A stretch of 51,515 nt of DNA from Acidimicrobiales bacterium (GTDB lineage Bacteria; Actinomycetota; Acidimicrobiia; Acidimicrobiales; Bog-793), in contig JBOGHY010000036.1 in the NCBI GenBank assembly GCA_050742375.1, forward strand, positions 1-51,515, written 5' to 3'. The position numbers and the translations under genes were made by a program. Below, piece after piece: positions 36,897 to 45,279 of the stretch. How positions within the stretch are numbered: the first letter of the stretch is position 1; each line of letters begins with the position of its first letter. Below the pieces are notes generated by a model. That model did no database searches. It was given only the letters and a program-made list of their open reading frames with translations, and was not told the DNA's origin.

Positions 36897-38858
36897 ATGG
36901 CCGCACCTAAGCGCACCATCGACGACATCCTGAGCGAAGCACGGGCCGGGTTGCGCCGGCTCTCTCCGCAGGAGACCGCCGCCGCCGTGCAACGCGGCGC
37001 CCTGCTCGTCGACATCCGTCCGGCCGCGCAGCGAGGCCTCGAGGGGGAGATCCCCGGGGCGCTCGTCATCGAGCGCAACCAGCTCGAGTGGCGCTTGGAC
37101 CCCCAGAGCGACTCCCGCATACCCGCCGCGATAGATCACGACATCGAGGTCGTCGTCTTCTGCTCCGAGGGATACACCTCGAGTCTTGCCGCATCGAGCC
37201 TGCAGGAGCTCGGACTTCACCGCGCCACGGACATCGACGGTGGCTTCCACGCCTGGAGGAGAGCCGGCCTGCCCGTCACCGCGGGTGAGCTCGAGTGGCC
37301 GGAGCCCGCCGGCCGCCCGGACGGAGCGGGCCGCCGCGACGACCCCGTCCTGACGCTCGACCCCGGGAGAGCGCTCGACATCGAGGGCGTCCGGCAAGTG
37401 GTGGACGGGAGGCCTGTGGACCTCTCGTCTGCGGCACGTGAGCGCGTGCGGGCGGCAAGGGAGATCATCGATGAGACCGTTGCCTCGGGCGCCGCCGTTT
37501 ACGGCTTGACCGCCGGGCTGGGACATGCCCGCGACCAACGCCTCTCGGCCGCAAGCCTCGCCGAGTACCAGGTCGGCATCATCCTGAGCCATGCGGGCGG
37601 GGTCGGGCCACCCCTGCCCACGGCCGCCGTCCGTGCCGCCATGCTGGCACGCCTCAACAGTGCGACCCGTGGTGGCGGCGCCCTGACGGAGCGGTCGGTC
37701 GAGATGCTCGTCCGGTTCCTCAACGCGGGCGTCCACCCCGTCGTTCCTGAGATCGGCTCGGTCGGAGCATCCGACCTCATGCACCTCGCCGCGGTCGCCC
37801 TGGTGGCGATCGGCCTTGGAGAGGCCGAGTACAGGGGAAACGTCCTCACCGGTGGGGACGCGCTCGCCGCCGCCGGCCTCGGGGCCCTTCAACTTGAGGC
37901 CGGAGAAGGACTTGCCCTCGTCTCGGCCAATTCCTTCTCGATCGGTATGGGCTGCCTCGTCGCGGCAAGGGCCCGGCAGCTCGTGGAGGAGGCGGACGTG
38001 GTGGCCGCGTTGTCGCTCGAGGCAGTGGAGGGGAATCTTTCGGTGATCGAACCGGCTGTCGGTGTCGCCAAGCCTGTGCCTGGCCAGATCGCAACCATCC
38101 GCCACCTCCGCTCGCTCCTGGCGGGCAGCCCGCTCTTCGAGCCGGGGAGGGCCTCGTCGCTGCAGGATGCCTTGTCGTTTCGGGTCATCCCGCAGGTTCA
38201 CGGGGCCGCCCGTGAGCTCGTCGACGCCCTGAAAAGTGCCGTCGAGCTTGAGCTCAACGCGATGGACGACAACCCCCTCGTGTGGATTCCCGAGCGACGA
38301 CTGATCTCCAACGGGAACTTCCATCCGATGGCGATGGCCCTTTACTTCGACGCTCTCCGCCCCGCGCTCGCCCATCTCGGCTTGTGCTCCATTCGCCGCA
38401 TGAACCACCTCGGCAACGCCGTCTTCGGTGAGCCGGAAGGATTCGAGGAGATGATGACCGTCAACGCCGAGCAGTACGGGCGTGTGGCTTCGCTCTATGC
38501 CGGGGCGGCGCTCTGGGCAGAGCTCCGGCAGCTTGCCGGCCCGGCGACACTCGACATCGAGTCACTCGACTTCGAGCAGGAAGACCACGCCACGGCTTCT
38601 TTCTTGACGGTCGCTACCACAGAGCGCACCCTCGGGCTGCTCGAGCGAATCCTCGCCATCGAGCTCGGCTACGCCTCTTTCGTGTTCGACCGTCGTTCCG
38701 GCGAAGAGGGCCTCGGGGCAGGCACCGGCGCTGCTCTCGAGCGCGTTCGCTCGGCTGTCGCGGGCGCCGGCTCCGCAGCCCGGTGTAACGACGCCCTCAC
38801 CGAGCTTCTCCGAACCGGCGAGCTTCTCCGGACGGTGGGGCCTGCCAGCACACGGTGA
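36897..38858 (+). CDS. Rhodanese domain fused to an aromatic-amino-acid-lyase-family domain lacking the MIO triad, candidate ergothionase-like betaine lyase
   Basis: Residues 1-130 form a rhodanese domain with active-site loop VVFCSEGYTSS (Cys codon at 37161-37163). Residues ~150-653 are HAL/PAL-like (AVYGLTAGLGH). The MIO position reads GSVGAS-DLMHLA (37755-37778). Confidence 0.85.
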   Translation: MAAPKRTIDDILSEARAGLRRLSPQETAAAVQRGALLVDIRPAAQRGLEGEIPGALVIERNQLEWRLDPQSDSRIPAAIDHDIEVVVFCSEGYTSSLAASSLQELGLHRATDIDGGFHAWRRAGLPVTAGELEWPEPAGRPDGAGRRDDPVLTLDPGRALDIEGVRQVVDGRPVDLSSAARERVRAAREIIDETVASGAAVYGLTAGLGHARDQRLSAASLAEYQVGIILSHAGGVGPPLPTAAVRAAMLARLNSATRGGGALTERSVEMLVRFLNAGVHPVVPEIGSVGASDLMHLAAVALVAIGLGEAEYRGNVLTGGDALAAAGLGALQLEAGEGLALVSANSFSIGMGCLVAARARQLVEEADVVAALSLEAVEGNLSVIEPAVGVAKPVPGQIATIRHLRSLLAGSPLFEPGRASSLQDALSFRVIPQVHGAARELVDALKSAVELELNAMDDNPLVWIPERRLISNGNFHPMAMALYFDALRPALAHLGLCSIRRMNHLGNAVFGEPEGFEEMMTVNAEQYGRVASLYAGAALWAELRQLAGPATLDIESLDFEQEDHATASFLTVATTERTLGLLERILAIELGYASFVFDRRSGEEGLGAGTGAALERVRSAVAGAGSAARCNDALTELLRTGELLRTVGPASTR

Positions 38859-38934
38859 GCCCGGGGTGCTCGTCGGTGGTCATGTCCTAAGGACCGCCCC
38901 CCAAAGGCCCATGGCGATCGCCCTACCGGCGTCG

Positions 38935-40410
38935 TCAGCGCGCGAAGAGCGAGCCCCCGCGACCTAGTGTCATCTCGCCGAACGCCCCTGCGAGCGCACC
39001 TACCGAGTCGCCAAGATCTTGATCAGACGTGCGGCCAGGTGGAGGCACTAGCTCGCGAACGACTGACACGAGGGGCTGCAATCGAGGCGGAGCTTGCCTC
39101 TCCGTCACGAACAGCGCCTGGCTGGAGGTGGCGGCCAGCGAGGCGAGGCAGGCGTCGAGGCACCAAGCCGCCCGGCCCTCCTTTGAGTAGGCGAAGAAGG
39201 TCGGTGAGGCGACATCGTTCTGGCCGGTGAAGCCGCCGCTCTCGCTTGCAGGAAGAAACGTGCGCGCCGCCTCGTGTCGAGCCTGCTCGCTGAAGCCGAT
39301 CTGCATCATCGCGAGGCCGGCCGTCGCTCCCCGGTCGTCTTCTGAGGTGCTCAGGTGGTGTGGGAGGAGGGAGACGCTGCCGTCGTGGAGCTTCATGGTG
39401 TGGCGCTCGGCAAGGCCGCACAGGTCGGCCCAAGATGCCGAGACTCCGTCTATCGCAGGGTAGGCGCTTGCGTTGTGATAGCCACCGGTCGAGAAGGCGC
39501 GTCCGTTCGGATGCTCACTGTCGGCGGGGACGTAGACGGGGTTGTCGGTGACTGATGAGATCGCGATCTCGGCGACCTCCTCGAGGGTCGCGACCGCACG
39601 GTGCGCCTGTCCGAGCACCCGCGGCAGGATCCGGTAGCTCACCGGTGCCTGGAAGGGCCGCCGACCCTCCCGGGGGGCTTCTTCAAGCCATGACGCCAGG
39701 GCGTCCAGGGCCATGCCCTCGTACCGATCACGCCAGAGGTCCTTGAGCACCGGGTCGTAGGGCTCGAGCGGTGCCCTGAACGCCTCGATGGACAGAGCAA
39801 AGACCTGCTCGGCCAGGTCGAGGCGACGACCCGCTCTGAGGGCGGTGTCGGCGGCAAGGGCCGCAGAGCACGGGGATCCGTTGACGAGCGCCATTGGCTC
39901 CCCCTCCTCGAGCTCGAGGTCGTGATGGCGAAAGGTGCTCATCACATGCGCAAGCGGGATGATCTCTCCCGCCCCTACCTCGCCTGCTACCGGCACCTTC
40001 GCCAGCGGACGCTCGAGCATCTCGGCGATCCGCTCTGCCACCACCGGACGCGACTTGGCATTTCCCTCCACGTAGTTCGCGAGCCTGGCGAAGATGATCC
40101 CCCGCACCACGGTGTCGGGGAGGCGCTCCTCCCCAAAGCTTGTCCCCCGGCGACTCCTGCGGGACCAGGCGACCGCGTAGCCGCGCTGTTCCTCTGGGGC
40201 GATCGGGCGCTTCGCTCCCTCCCCGGCGCCTGTGGTCGTCCCGTAAATGAAAGCGGTCCTGTCGCTGTCGAGAAACGCCATGAACGACCGGCGAGACTCA
40301 TCCATCGCTCGGATGGCGCCGGGTCCGATCTCCACGCTCTCGCCGTCGATCGAGACGCGCCTGTAGTTCTCCAGGGTGAAGTCTTGCCGGGACTGGACGA
40401 CGACGGTCAT
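38935..40410 (-). CDS. Aromatic-amino-acid-lyase-family protein lacking the MIO triad (paralogue 2)
   Basis: ATG follows AAGGAGG. Contains FIYGTTTGAGE. The MIO position reads GEVGA-GEIIPLAH (39946-39984). Confidence 0.8.
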   Translation of the reverse strand: MTVVVQSRQDFTLENYRRVSIDGESVEIGPGAIRAMDESRRSFMAFLDSDRTAFIYGTTTGAGEGAKRPIAPEEQRGYAVAWSRRSRRGTSFGEERLPDTVVRGIIFARLANYVEGNAKSRPVVAERIAEMLERPLAKVPVAGEVGAGEIIPLAHVMSTFRHHDLELEEGEPMALVNGSPCSAALAADTALRAGRRLDLAEQVFALSIEAFRAPLEPYDPVLKDLWRDRYEGMALDALASWLEEAPREGRRPFQAPVSYRILPRVLGQAHRAVATLEEVAEIAISSVTDNPVYVPADSEHPNGRAFSTGGYHNASAYPAIDGVSASWADLCGLAERHTMKLHDGSVSLLPHHLSTSEDDRGATAGLAMMQIGFSEQARHEAARTFLPASESGGFTGQNDVASPTFFAYSKEGRAAWCLDACLASLAATSSQALFVTERQAPPRLQPLVSVVRELVPPPGRTSDQDLGDSVGALAGAFGEMTLGRGGSLFAR

Positions 40411-40490
40411 TAATGCCTCCTTGCCTACGAGCTAGCCTATGTTGGCAGGTCGGCTCGCACCTCGCCCTGGGTCTACTACCGTTTCGTGGG

Positions 40491-40640
40491 TCAACGAGCC
40501 CAAGGTAGTGACGGTGCGATACCAGCTCTATCCAGCACGATCATCGTGATGAAGCTCTCGGGGTCATCGAACCCGCGGGCGGCCGAGACGAGCCGGGCGA
40601 TGGCGGCGTTGTTGGACTCGGAGAGCGCGTTCGTCGGGGA
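40491..40640 (-). pseudogene. Degraded C-terminal remnant of an ISL3-like transposase
   Basis: The translation SPTNALSESNNAAIARLVSAARGFDDPESFITMIVLDRAGI follows the ISL3 C-terminal pattern (SN..LEG.N.KI.LI.R.A.GF.....FIAMI.L). No upstream transposase body is present. The family assignment is tentative. Confidence 0.4.
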
Positions 40641-40677
40641 TGGATCCCGCTGCGCCCGGGCTAGGTTCTGACCGCGA

Positions 40678-42321
40678 ATGCGCGAGCGCTCGGTCGAGCT
40701 CACCGGGGAGGACCTCACCGTCGACGACGTGGTCGCCGTCGCACGGGACCGTTCGAAGGTGACCATCTCACCCGAGGCGATCCGCCGGGTCCGCCTCGCG
40801 AGGCAAGTGGTCGAGACCGTCTATTCGAGCGGCGAGGCGGTCTACGGACTGAACACGGGTCTCGGCTCGTTCGCCCGCTACAGGATGACCCCGGACCAGG
40901 TCCGGGAGTTCTCCTTCGCGACGATGGCCGACCAGCTCGCCTCCTACGGCCGCCCCCTCTCGATCGAGGTGGTACGGGCGATGATGGTGGCGAGGGCGAA
41001 CGGCATGGCCAAGGCGGGGGTAGGAGTCCGCTTGGAGCTCCTCCAGCTCTTGGTCGAGCTCTTGAACCGCCAGGTTCATCCGGTAGTCCGCGAGGTCGGC
41101 TCCGTCGGCCAGGGCGACCTCTCGGAGATGTCGGACATCGGAAAGGTGATGATCGGTATCGGCCGGGCCGAGGTGGGCGGCCAGATCCTGGATGGGAGAG
41201 AGGCTCTCGCCCGGGTCGGCCTCGAACCCATCGACCTCGCACCGAAAGAGGCGCTCGCTCTCATAAGCGCCAACGGGGTCACGCTCGGCTGGGGCTCGCT
41301 CGTCCTCTACGACGTGGCCGACCTGCTCGACTGGCTCCAGGTCGCGGCGGCACTCTCACTCGAGGGCTTCGCCGGGAACCTTTCGATAATCCACCCGGGC
41401 GCCGCCCGCTTCCAGCCTCACATCGGCGCCAACGCCGCGGCCGACCGCCTCCGCAGCCTCCTCGAGGGCTCCTACCTCTGGGAGCCCGGCTCGGCTCGCA
41501 ACCTCCAGGATCCGCTCTCGTTCCGCTGTGTGCCGCGCACCCATGGCGCCCTTTACGACACGCTCGCCTACGCCAGGGCGACACTCGAGGCGGAGCTCAA
41601 TTCCGCCAGCGACAACCCTCTCGTCCTCGTCGACGAGAACGTCATCATCTCCGTCGGTTACTTCGACATCGCCACGGTCGCGATGGCCTTCGACCTCGTG
41701 CGCATAGCCATCGCGAATGCCCTCAAGGTCGCGAACGAACGCGTGCAGAAGCTTCTCTGGAACCACTTCAGCGGCCTCCCGAGCGAGCTGTCGCTCAAGA
41801 AGGGAACTGCGAACGGGCTGAAGCCGATGGGGCGCTGGTGCGCCGCCATCACGGCCGAGGCCCGGTCGCTTGCGAACCCGGTCACGCTCGACTACGTGGG
41901 CCAAGTGGCCGAGGGCGTGGAGGATCACGCGAGCATGGCGCCGCTCGCGGTGAAGCGTGCCTACGAGCTCGTCTCCGTCGCGCACAGGGCCGTCGCTTAC
42001 GAGCTCGTCATCGCCTCTCAGGCAGTGGACCTAAGAGGTCGTCGCCCACTCGGACGGGGCACCATGCTCGCCTTCGAGACGGTGCGCGAGCACGTCCCGA
42101 AGCTGGAGGAAGTGACGACCTGGGATGCCGATGTCGAGGCCGTGGTCGAGACGGTCGCGAGCGGCTATCTCGGAGCACAGGTCGCCACGGTCGTTGGCGG
42201 TCGCCGTGACCTCTCTGATCACGAGGGCCCCGGCTCTCTGTCGAAAGCCGCCATCGAGGAACTGGAACAGGCGAGCTCCGAGGAGCCCTACGGCACCATC
42301 GACACAGGCGGAGGCAGGTGA
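40678..42321 (+). CDS. Aromatic-amino-acid-lyase-family protein lacking the MIO triad (paralogue 3)
   Basis: HAL-like N-terminus LTGEDLTVDDVVAVA... and AVYGLNTGLGSF. The MIO position reads GSVGQ-GDLSEMS (41098-41121). Confidence 0.85.
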   Translation: MRERSVELTGEDLTVDDVVAVARDRSKVTISPEAIRRVRLARQVVETVYSSGEAVYGLNTGLGSFARYRMTPDQVREFSFATMADQLASYGRPLSIEVVRAMMVARANGMAKAGVGVRLELLQLLVELLNRQVHPVVREVGSVGQGDLSEMSDIGKVMIGIGRAEVGGQILDGREALARVGLEPIDLAPKEALALISANGVTLGWGSLVLYDVADLLDWLQVAAALSLEGFAGNLSIIHPGAARFQPHIGANAAADRLRSLLEGSYLWEPGSARNLQDPLSFRCVPRTHGALYDTLAYARATLEAELNSASDNPLVLVDENVIISVGYFDIATVAMAFDLVRIAIANALKVANERVQKLLWNHFSGLPSELSLKKGTANGLKPMGRWCAAITAEARSLANPVTLDYVGQVAEGVEDHASMAPLAVKRAYELVSVAHRAVAYELVIASQAVDLRGRRPLGRGTMLAFETVREHVPKLEEVTTWDADVEAVVETVASGYLGAQVATVVGGRRDLSDHEGPGSLSKAAIEELEQASSEEPYGTIDTGGGR

Positions 42322-42389
42322 CAGCTGAGGCAGCCGGCCGGCGCGACTACGGTGCCACCGGCGACGACGTCCGGACGGCTGGCTCTCGC

Positions 42390-44114
42390 TCAGGTCTTGT
42401 AGGCGTTCCAGAGGAAGAACTGGCCCTGAGCCGTCGGGTAGGTGCCGTGCACGTTCTTCCGGCTGGCGCTCAGGTAGTTGTAGAAGTACGGGAACATGAC
42501 CGGCGTCTCGTCAAGCAGGAGGTTCTCGATCTCCTTCGCAAGGCTCCGCTGCTTCCCGAGGTCGATGGCCGCGACGAACTCCTTCGACAGCCTGTCGTAG
42601 GTGCGGTCGTTGAAACGGGCGGCGTTCCAGGCCCCCTGGCCGGTCTTCTTGTCGGGTGACTGAAGAGGCGCCTCGAGGTAAAGGTTCGGCACGGAGCGGG
42701 CGCCGTAGTCGACCTCGCTCATCTTCGCGTCGAGCCAGTCCGAGTGGCCGAAGACGCCCGTGCCGTAGTACTTGTCCGGCGCCTCGATCACAAGCGAGAT
42801 GTCGACTCCGATCTGCTTTGCGGACTCGGCGATGATCTGGGCGAGCGCCGGCATCTCTTGGGTCGTCTCGGTGTAGAGCGGCGTCTTGAAACCCCTCGCG
42901 ACACCGCCCTTCGCAAGGTACTCCCTGGCGAGCTTGAGGTTCTTGTGCCGCTGGGGGACCGCCGGCGGTCCGACCCTCGAGGGGAAGACGGGCGCAAAGG
43001 GGCTGTCGTTCCCGATCGATGCCTGGCCCTTGAAGAGCGCCTTCACTATCCCCGGCCGGTCGAGGGTGAGGGCGATCGCCCGGCGGACGTACTTGCTCGT
43101 GAAGGGATGAAGGTCCGTGCGCATCGACACCTCGCGGTGCGTGGCCGCCTTCAGGGAGGTGACGTTGTAGCTGCCCTCTAAGAGCTGAGGGCTCGACGCC
43201 ACAGAGAACTGAAACATGCAGTCGATCGAGCCCGCCTGAAGGGCAGCAGTGCACGGGGTCTCGGTCGCATAGAAGGTGAACTGGATCTCCTTCGGCAGAG
43301 CCTCTGCTCCCCAGTAGTGCGGGTTCCGCACGTAGACCGCACCCGTGCTCGGGTGGAAGCTCTTCATCTTGAAATGTCCCGTCCCGGGGAAGCTCTTTGG
43401 GTAATCCGAGTAGTCGAAGCCCTTCGGGACGACGATCATGTTGTAGTTGTCCTCGGTGACGGCATCGATGAAAGAGGCGTCGGGTTGCTCGAGGTGGAGG
43501 GCGAGGGTCGTCTCATTCACCTTCACGACGCCGTCGGGGACGAGCAGGCCGCCGAAGATGGAGAGGGCATTGCGGCCCGTCTTGGGGTTGCACTGGGTCT
43601 GGAAGCTGTAGACGACGTCGTCAATCGTCATGGGCGTGCCGTCGTTGAACTTCACGCCTTGGCGGATCTTGAAGGTCCACACAGTGGCGTCGTGATTCGG
43701 TTTCCAGCTCGTGGCAAGCCACGGGTGATAATGGAGGTGCTGGTCGACGAAGACGAGGAACTCGCCGACGTTGCCGATGAGCTCGAGGCCACCCTGGTCC
43801 TCGATGATGATCGGGTTGACCGCCGTGGCGGGAACGAGAATGCCGGCGCGGATCGTCGCGCCCTTGTGGCTGGCCGCCGCCGCCGTCGGCCGGGCAGGCG
43901 ACGCCGCGGCGACGCCCACACCGCCGACGGCCTCGACCATCGCCCCGGCCAGCGGGAGGCCGATGCCGAAGGCCGTCGCCTTTCTAAGGAAGCTCCGCCG
44001 GTCGACTCTCCCGGCGGCGAGCTCGTCGACAAAGTGCTGTTCGATCGGGCCCTGGCCGGCTCGGAGCTGGTCAAGCCGCCTGTGGTTGACCTTGCCCGGT
44101 TCCTCGGTGGTCAT
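42390..44114 (-). CDS. ABC transporter substrate-binding protein, family 5, Tat signal
   Basis: ATG 44114 follows GGAAGGAAGG. Twin-arginine leader RRSFLRKATAFGIGLPLAG. The 41 upstream codons in the track ORF are not supported. Confidence 0.85.
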   Translation of the reverse strand: MTTEEPGKVNHRRLDQLRAGQGPIEQHFVDELAAGRVDRRSFLRKATAFGIGLPLAGAMVEAVGGVGVAAASPARPTAAAASHKGATIRAGILVPATAVNPIIIEDQGGLELIGNVGEFLVFVDQHLHYHPWLATSWKPNHDATVWTFKIRQGVKFNDGTPMTIDDVVYSFQTQCNPKTGRNALSIFGGLLVPDGVVKVNETTLALHLEQPDASFIDAVTEDNYNMIVVPKGFDYSDYPKSFPGTGHFKMKSFHPSTGAVYVRNPHYWGAEALPKEIQFTFYATETPCTAALQAGSIDCMFQFSVASSPQLLEGSYNVTSLKAATHREVSMRTDLHPFTSKYVRRAIALTLDRPGIVKALFKGQASIGNDSPFAPVFPSRVGPPAVPQRHKNLKLAREYLAKGGVARGFKTPLYTETTQEMPALAQIIAESAKQIGVDISLVIEAPDKYYGTGVFGHSDWLDAKMSEVDYGARSVPNLYLEAPLQSPDKKTGQGAWNAARFNDRTYDRLSKEFVAAIDLGKQRSLAKEIENLLLDETPVMFPYFYNYLSASRKNVHGTYPTAQGQFFLWNAYKT

Positions 44115-44260
44115 GACGCCCTTCCTTCCTGCTCTCCCGAGAAAGTCCTCGGGTGGCTCTGTCACACGATCGAAACAAACGCGTAGCAGTTCGTACCATA
44201 ACCGCCCCCGCCCCGCCATGCCAGGGGTTGGGTCCACTGTTGCTCGACCGGCAACGGCTC

Positions 44261-45268
44261 TCAGACGATCGCCACGTCGACTGCCCGACCGGTGGCAAGC
44301 GCCCGCTCTGCTGCGACGGCCACCTCGAGCGTCGCCCGGGCATCTTTTGGGGTGCAGCAGACGAGCGCGGGATCGCCCGCCTTTGCGGCACGAAGGAAGG
44401 CGGTCACGGAGGCCTCGAGCGGCAGGGAGGGGCTTTCGATGCTTACGGGGTTGCCCGATGAGGTGCCCGAGAGCCGGAAGTCAGGATCGAGGTCGAGCCT
44501 CAGCGTCGCCTCGGCAGCGACGACGTCGAGGGCGTAGCGGCCGGGCTGGTCCTCGCGCGTCCAGGCCACGGTGACGCTCGCGAGGGCGCCAGATCTGAGC
44601 TCGGCGAGGATCGAGACGGCGTCGTCGATGTCGCCCCCGCCGACGGCGCCGGGGTCGCCGGCGCCCCGGGCAAGGAGGACCCTGCTCGCGGCGGCCTGGA
44701 CCGAGGCGATCTCGCCCCCGACGCTGCGCAAGAGGTCGAGGTGGTGGCTCCCGCGCTCCAACAGGTTGCCGCCGCCGGCGCGTCGGTCCAAGAACCACGG
44801 CCGGCTTGCCGTCGGGCCGATGCTCGTGCCGACCAAAAGGCCGATCGCCTGGCCGGCGAGCAACCCCCGGAGATCCGACAGCAGCGGCAGCGCGTGCCAT
44901 TGGTACCCGACGGCACAGACGCAGCCGGCGGCCTCGGCGGCTTGAACGACGAGGGCCGCATCGTCGAGGTCGCGAGCGATGGGCTTTTCGAGATAGGTCG
45001 GCAACCCCCGGGCGAAGGCCGCCAGGGCGGGCTCTTTGTGGGCGAGAGGCGGGACGCAGACGAACACGGCGTCGAGGTCCTCCTCGTCGAGAAGCTGGCG
45101 CCAGTCCCCGTAGGCCCTTGCCCCGCATCTACTTGCAAAAGCCTCTCCCTTTCCCAAGTCGAGGTCCGCGACCGCGACGATCGCCACGCCCTCCAACCCG
45201 TCGAGCACGCCGCGATGCGCCTCGGCCATCCATCCGGTACCTATGATCCCAACCCGAGTCTCTTCCAC
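44261..45268 (-). CDS. Gfo/Idh/MocA family oxidoreductase
   Basis: GTG start. Rossmann fold RVGIIGTGWMAEAH and EKP motif YLEKPIA. Confidence 0.85.
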   Translation of the reverse strand: MEETRVGIIGTGWMAEAHRGVLDGLEGVAIVAVADLDLGKGEAFASRCGARAYGDWRQLLDEEDLDAVFVCVPPLAHKEPALAAFARGLPTYLEKPIARDLDDAALVVQAAEAAGCVCAVGYQWHALPLLSDLRGLLAGQAIGLLVGTSIGPTASRPWFLDRRAGGGNLLERGSHHLDLLRSVGGEIASVQAAASRVLLARGAGDPGAVGGGDIDDAVSILAELRSGALASVTVAWTREDQPGRYALDVVAAEATLRLDLDPDFRLSGTSSGNPVSIESPSLPLEASVTAFLRAAKAGDPALVCCTPKDARATLEVAVAAERALATGRAVDVAIV

Positions 45269-45279
45269 GGCACGTCAGT

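Noticed and set aside
36495-38408. 637-aa antisense ORF opposite the rhodanese-lyase gene. Other long antisense ORFs are 3414..4709, 7414..8982, 14840..16453, 24629..25915 and 29897..31168.
   Set aside because: No recognisable domains and a low-complexity Arg/Gly/Asp/Glu-rich composition. Long antisense open frames are expected at this GC content. The opposite strand carries clear homologues in each case.
31531-38858. Interpretation as a classical histidine utilisation (hutHUI) operon
   Set aside because: The amidohydrolase has allantoinase/dihydroorotase-type motifs rather than those of HutI. No HutG or HutF is present. The DUF917 and M20 carbamoylase genes have no role in Hut. The lyase lacks the MIO triad needed for ammonia elimination.
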